From Thermoplasmata archaeon (GTDB lineage: Archaea; Thermoplasmatota; Thermoplasmata; Lutacidiplasmatales; UBA184), in contig JAJYXQ010000081.1 of assembly GCA_021796385.1 (NCBI GenBank), positions 1,377-65,376 of the forward strand: 64,000 nucleotides of DNA, written 5' to 3'. Shown in pieces: positions 60,808-64,000 of this stretch. The number at the start of each line of letters is the position of its first letter. Position 1 is the first letter of the stretch. A program made the translations under genes and the position numbers. The notes below the pieces were generated by a model. The model was not told the origin of the DNA, did no database searches, and worked only from the letters and a program-made list of their open reading frames with translations.

Positions 60808-60964
60808 CGGGGAAAGGGGAGGAAAGGCGTAGGGAACGAGACCCTCAGGAACCCGAGTACACAATGTGCCAGAATCATTCAACAGAGCAGTGGTCCCCGA
60901 GGTGAACCCAGTGGACGTTCCAGCGTCGCACTTCTTCGGAAGGGGAAGCGATTCCCGGTCCGGT

Positions 60965-61099
60965 TCAGTCCTCCGGTTCGTCCCGCCTGTGTTTTTCCGG
61001 GACCGTGCCCACGAGGATCAACCGGCCGGCGGCGGTGATCCGCAGTGTGAGCCGACCCTGAAGACCGCGTTCGACCTCCATCAGGCCCAAGGATTCCAA
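60965..61099 (-). pseudogene. C-terminal fragment of the second CARF-like/wHTH regulator
   Basis: LESLGLMEVERGLQGRLTLRITAAGRLILVG...* aligns with the end of the intact paralog. Confidence 0.85.
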
Positions 61100-62968
61100 C
61101 CTGAACAGCGAGTCGTCCTACCCTCTACGCTTCAGTCTCTCTCCGTGACTCCTCTCGCAGGAGATCCTTGAGTTTGAGTCGCCGGAGCCCCTCCGTGATC
61201 CGGCCGGTCACATTCAGATACCAGGTGCGTCTCTCCGCACCCATGGCCACCTCGATCCGTTCTACCCGGCTCAGATCCTCGAGCAGCCGCTCCTGATACT
61301 CCGCGACTTCGTCCTCCTTCACCCCTCCCTGTAGCAGTCGCCACCGGAGCGCGGTCTGCAGGCGCAGCGCCAACATGCAGACGAACAGGTAGGCCCGCAC
61401 CCGTCTCTCTCGCCGATGCCGCACGGGCTCGAGCTCCACGAAGGTCTTCGCGGTGCGGAAGCACTTCTCCACGAAGTCCTTCCCTAGATACGCCTTCACC
61501 ACCTCCCGCGCCGAGAGTCGCTCGTCCGTGCACAGGAGGGCATACTTCCCGTCCTGACGGGCAGCCTTCCTGACCTCCAGGTCCCGGTACGTCCACTCCA
61601 CCCTGGGAGTCACCCCGCCCCGTTTCACCCGCACATGCAGGAATTCCCCCCAGTCCCCCACGATCTCCCGGATGGCGTCGTGCAGCTTCGCTTCCGACCA
61701 CTTCGCCCCCAGTTTCCCCAGCGTGGTGAGCGCCTCCCCGATGCGCGAGAGGGCCTCGTTCCGCTCCACCCGATCCGACACGGCCTTGTCCGCATTGGTG
61801 TAGACCACCACCTCCCGCTCGGTCCCCCACAACATGGCCCGGACCTTCACCGCATGGATCCCCCCGCTCTTCGACCGCGTGACGAAGCTGCTGGGGGTCT
61901 CGGGTACCTCACTCGCGTCCAGCAGGGTGCCGACCTCCTTCAGCCTCTTCGAGAGGCCCCCCAGGAGGTGCCATCCCATCCCCCGGGCCTCTTCCACAAA
62001 CTTCCTCCCCATGATCCCGCGGTCCACGATCAACAGCCCCGGCGGCATCTTCGATGCCTGGAGCTGGACCAGCAGGTTACGGACCGTCCCTCCCCCGTTG
62101 CGGCTCCCCCGGTAGGCGAAGTGGAAGAGCGGGGCTCGGTCGTGGCGGCTCACCACGACCCCGACGTTCACTTGGGGGCGGTTCTGGTAGTCCGGATTGT
62201 GGCCGACCTCGGCGATGGGGCAGCTCACCCCGAAGAACAGGACGTTGGTGAGATCGTAGGCCACGACCTCCTTCTCCCCAGGGGGCAGCGGGTGGAGCGC
62301 CCGCCACCGGGCCGTGAGGGCGAGGTCGAGGGCCCGGGTGTGGTCTATGATCTCGGCGCGGGCCGGTTCATCATGACAGACCAGATCGAGAGACGTGAGG
62401 AAAGCATCCTTGGTGAAGGTCTCGTCCGGGAACCCTGAGAGCAGGGGGAGGTCCGTGGTGGTCACCCACGGGCCCAACTGGGTGGCACTCTCCGGGTCCA
62501 GGACACGGTTGATGGCCCAGAGGGTCAAGAACGTGCCAGGGGAAGGGGAGTCCGGAGCAGATTTCCCGCCCCCTATCCCATCAATGGTTGCGCGAAAGTG
62601 CAGATCTTCGGCCAGCGTCCAAAGGAGCCGGACGGCTCCGGCTCGGCGGGAATCGCCATGGGCAACCCGGTCAAGTTCCCTCCGGGGCGAACCCGGGGTC
62701 TCTCCTTCCACCCCGAGATAGCGCAGGAACCGGCTGCGGACCTTGCCTCCCTCACGGTAGGACTCTCGCTCCTCGAGGTAGACCCTGTCTCCCACCTTCC
62801 TGCGGTATGTATAGGCCATGGTAGCGGGTAGTGATACGCACTACGATATATAACGTCGCAGGTCCCTCCATGAACACCGGTGCGAGATCCCTCGGGGGGA
62901 ATCAGTCAGCCTTGGCGGAACAGGGTCAACGGGACTCCTGTAGCAAGTAGGAAACCCCTCTGTTCAGG
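61100..62968 (-). mobile_element. IS1634-family insertion sequence, 1869 bp
   Basis: Imperfect ~29-bp TIRs starting CCTGAACAG; 6-bp TSD TTCCAA at 61094-61099 and 62969-62974. Confidence 0.92.
61125..62819 (-). CDS. IS1634-family DDE transposase, apparently intact
   Basis: N-terminal YLEERESYREGGKVRSRFLRYLG, AYDLT, LIVDRG, VEKCFR..K, RVRAYLFVCMLA. Confidence 0.9.
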   Translation of the reverse strand: MAYTYRRKVGDRVYLEERESYREGGKVRSRFLRYLGVEGETPGSPRRELDRVAHGDSRRAGAVRLLWTLAEDLHFRATIDGIGGGKSAPDSPSPGTFLTLWAINRVLDPESATQLGPWVTTTDLPLLSGFPDETFTKDAFLTSLDLVCHDEPARAEIIDHTRALDLALTARWRALHPLPPGEKEVVAYDLTNVLFFGVSCPIAEVGHNPDYQNRPQVNVGVVVSRHDRAPLFHFAYRGSRNGGGTVRNLLVQLQASKMPPGLLIVDRGIMGRKFVEEARGMGWHLLGGLSKRLKEVGTLLDASEVPETPSSFVTRSKSGGIHAVKVRAMLWGTEREVVVYTNADKAVSDRVERNEALSRIGEALTTLGKLGAKWSEAKLHDAIREIVGDWGEFLHVRVKRGGVTPRVEWTYRDLEVRKAARQDGKYALLCTDERLSAREVVKAYLGKDFVEKCFRTAKTFVELEPVRHRRERRVRAYLFVCMLALRLQTALRWRLLQGGVKEDEVAEYQERLLEDLSRVERIEVAMGAERRTWYLNVTGRITEGLRRLKLKDLLREESRRETEA

Positions 62969-63514
62969 TTCCAACCCCTTGGAGCCTCGCCCCCCTCGGA
63001 TGTGGTACGAGAGGAGGGTCTTGTCCATGGCGCAAATGTGGGCGAGCTCTTCCAAGGACATTGAGGTCCCTCCAATCCTGTCCAAGGCGCGCAGGATCGC
63101 AACTTTCGCATCGCTCACCAGCTCGGAGTAGGAGAACTTGAGCACGGGGAGGGCGACCGGCATGTCACCTTTAACATCAATTGCGCGTACACCGTTGACG
63201 AACGCCGCTGCCAGGAGGGCGCAGGTCATCATCCGGGGTCCGCTCCCTGTGTTCACGATGATCTCATCGAACCGGGACCGTTCGTTCTGAAGAAGTTCGG
63301 AGACGAACCGCAAGCACCCCAGCAGGGGTTCCCCTTCAATCCTGTGGACGGAGACGTCTAGCCGAATCAAACCGGCCTTTCGGGCCACCTCGTGGGCGGC
63401 CGAGGCGAACTCGGGGGTGTGCAGTAGGATGAGCTTGGTGATTGGGAAAGACCGGACCCCCACGAACACGGCATCCGGGTTCTCACCCACCGTGGCGACC
63501 TGGAGAACCTTCAT
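62969..63514 (-). pseudogene. N-terminal part of the second CARF-like/wHTH regulator, interrupted by IS1634
   Basis: Highly similar to 58858-59532 up to GGRGSKGLE, where the IS begins. Confidence 0.88.
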
Positions 63515-63609
63515 CCGGACGGGAACGCCTGGGAGGGCACAGGCATTGGAGTTCTGTTCCCCGTAGCCAATACCCAGTAGCGGGGGGCTTTGGACATGAC
63601 CGCTGGCCC

Positions 63610-63999
63610 TCATCGGTACATCCCCTCGGGCTCTTTCGCGGCCAGTTTCTGTAGCGAGTTCTGGAGTTCGGCGATCTTCCTTCGTTGGTTCTTCTCGAGC
63701 GCCTTCGCGGTGATTCGAAGGGGGGTAGGATCTAGATGGAGGGGTGGGACGAGGGGCCCAAGCAACTCGACCACAGAGGCGGCGGCCCAGGAATCCGGTA
63801 ACCCTTTGCTCACCTCAGTGATCAGGCATAGGACAGGTAAGGTGCGGTCCAGCGATGCCCGGACCAGGGCCCCTCCCATACCGGTCATCTGGCCCGAGGC
63901 GCCCGAAAATCCGCACGACTTGAGGACTCGACCTCCGGCGGGATTGGCCGTCGCCACGACATGCGGTGTATGGGCTTCCTTCGTTCCGTCCACGGGAGT
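63610..63999 (-). CDS. Proteasome assembly chaperone (PAC2/PbaA-B family), 5'-partial
   Basis: G.MTGMGGALV, LCLITE, PDSWAAASVVELL, LD..PL...A, C-terminal GMYR (HbYX); runs off the window end. Confidence 0.8.
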   Translation of the reverse strand, partial: TPVDGTKEAHTPHVVATANPAGGRVLKSCGFSGASGQMTGMGGALVRASLDRTLPVLCLITEVSKGLPDSWAAASVVELLGPLVPPLHLDPTPLRITAKALEKNQRRKIAELQNSLQKLAAKEPEGMYR

Positions 64000-64000
64000 C

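Larger units (their letters stand above)
59611..60889. mobile_element. Degenerate IS5-family (IS903-group) element carrying a passenger gene
   Basis: 18-bp TIRs TGCTTTGTTGAATGAATC / TGCTCTGTTGAATGATTC (16/18); 9-bp flanking repeats GAGGTCCCC / GTGGTCCCC (8/9); IS903-like transposase remnant inside. Confidence 0.8.

Noticed and set aside
58021-63514. Cas4-like + Csa3-like + Cas2-like genes as a CRISPR-Cas system
   Set aside because: No repeat-spacer array, cas1 or effector genes seen; each family also occurs stand-alone.
1-64000. tRNA, rRNA, CRISPR arrays or an attachment site bounding the glycan island
   Set aside because: No T-loop/acceptor-stem pattern, rRNA signature, regular repeat-spacer array or flanking direct repeat was found by eye. 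tRNAscan-SE, Infernal and a repeat search would be needed to exclude them fully.

Overview
GC-rich archaeal chromosomal segment. Archaeal TFB, topoisomerase VI, class I CCA enzyme, archaeal-type TyrRS, Cdc48 and Mre11/Rad50 show the domain; a Thermoplasmatota affiliation is my inference. Layout: (1-18.4 kb) housekeeping genes: cdc48 (5'-partial), a CaiB CoA-transferase and acyl-CoA dehydrogenase, a large DUF2341/Ig-repeat surface protein, top6B-top6A, rqcH, a fused double SDR, an HD dNTPase and tyrS. (18.4-39.1 kb) a visibly more AT-rich surface-glycan island with two paralogous GT-C/beta-propeller fusions, two Thr-nucleophile sulfatase-like proteins, GT2/GT4, DUF2079- and DUF6541-like GT-C proteins and a methyltransferase, followed by a PKD surface protein. 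(39.3-43.5 kb) mre11-rad50. (43.6-50 kb) a heme-copper oxidase locus in which a type-1 blue-copper domain is fused in frame to subunit I+III, the K-channel lysine is absent, and a paralogous cupredoxin is transcribed divergently. This is the most striking system in the window. (50-58.8 kb) tatD-like, tmk, TPR, lipA, cca, a divergent TFB and a PD-(D/E)XK nuclease. (58.9-64 kb) two paralogous CARF-like/wHTH regulators. They are separated by an IS903-like element (18-bp TIRs, 9-bp TSD) that carries a passenger gene, and one regulator is split by an intact IS1634-family element (6-bp TSD). A 5'-partial PAC2-family gene closes the window. No CRISPR array, rRNA or tRNA was seen. All family assignments come from motif recognition by eye; no searches were run.
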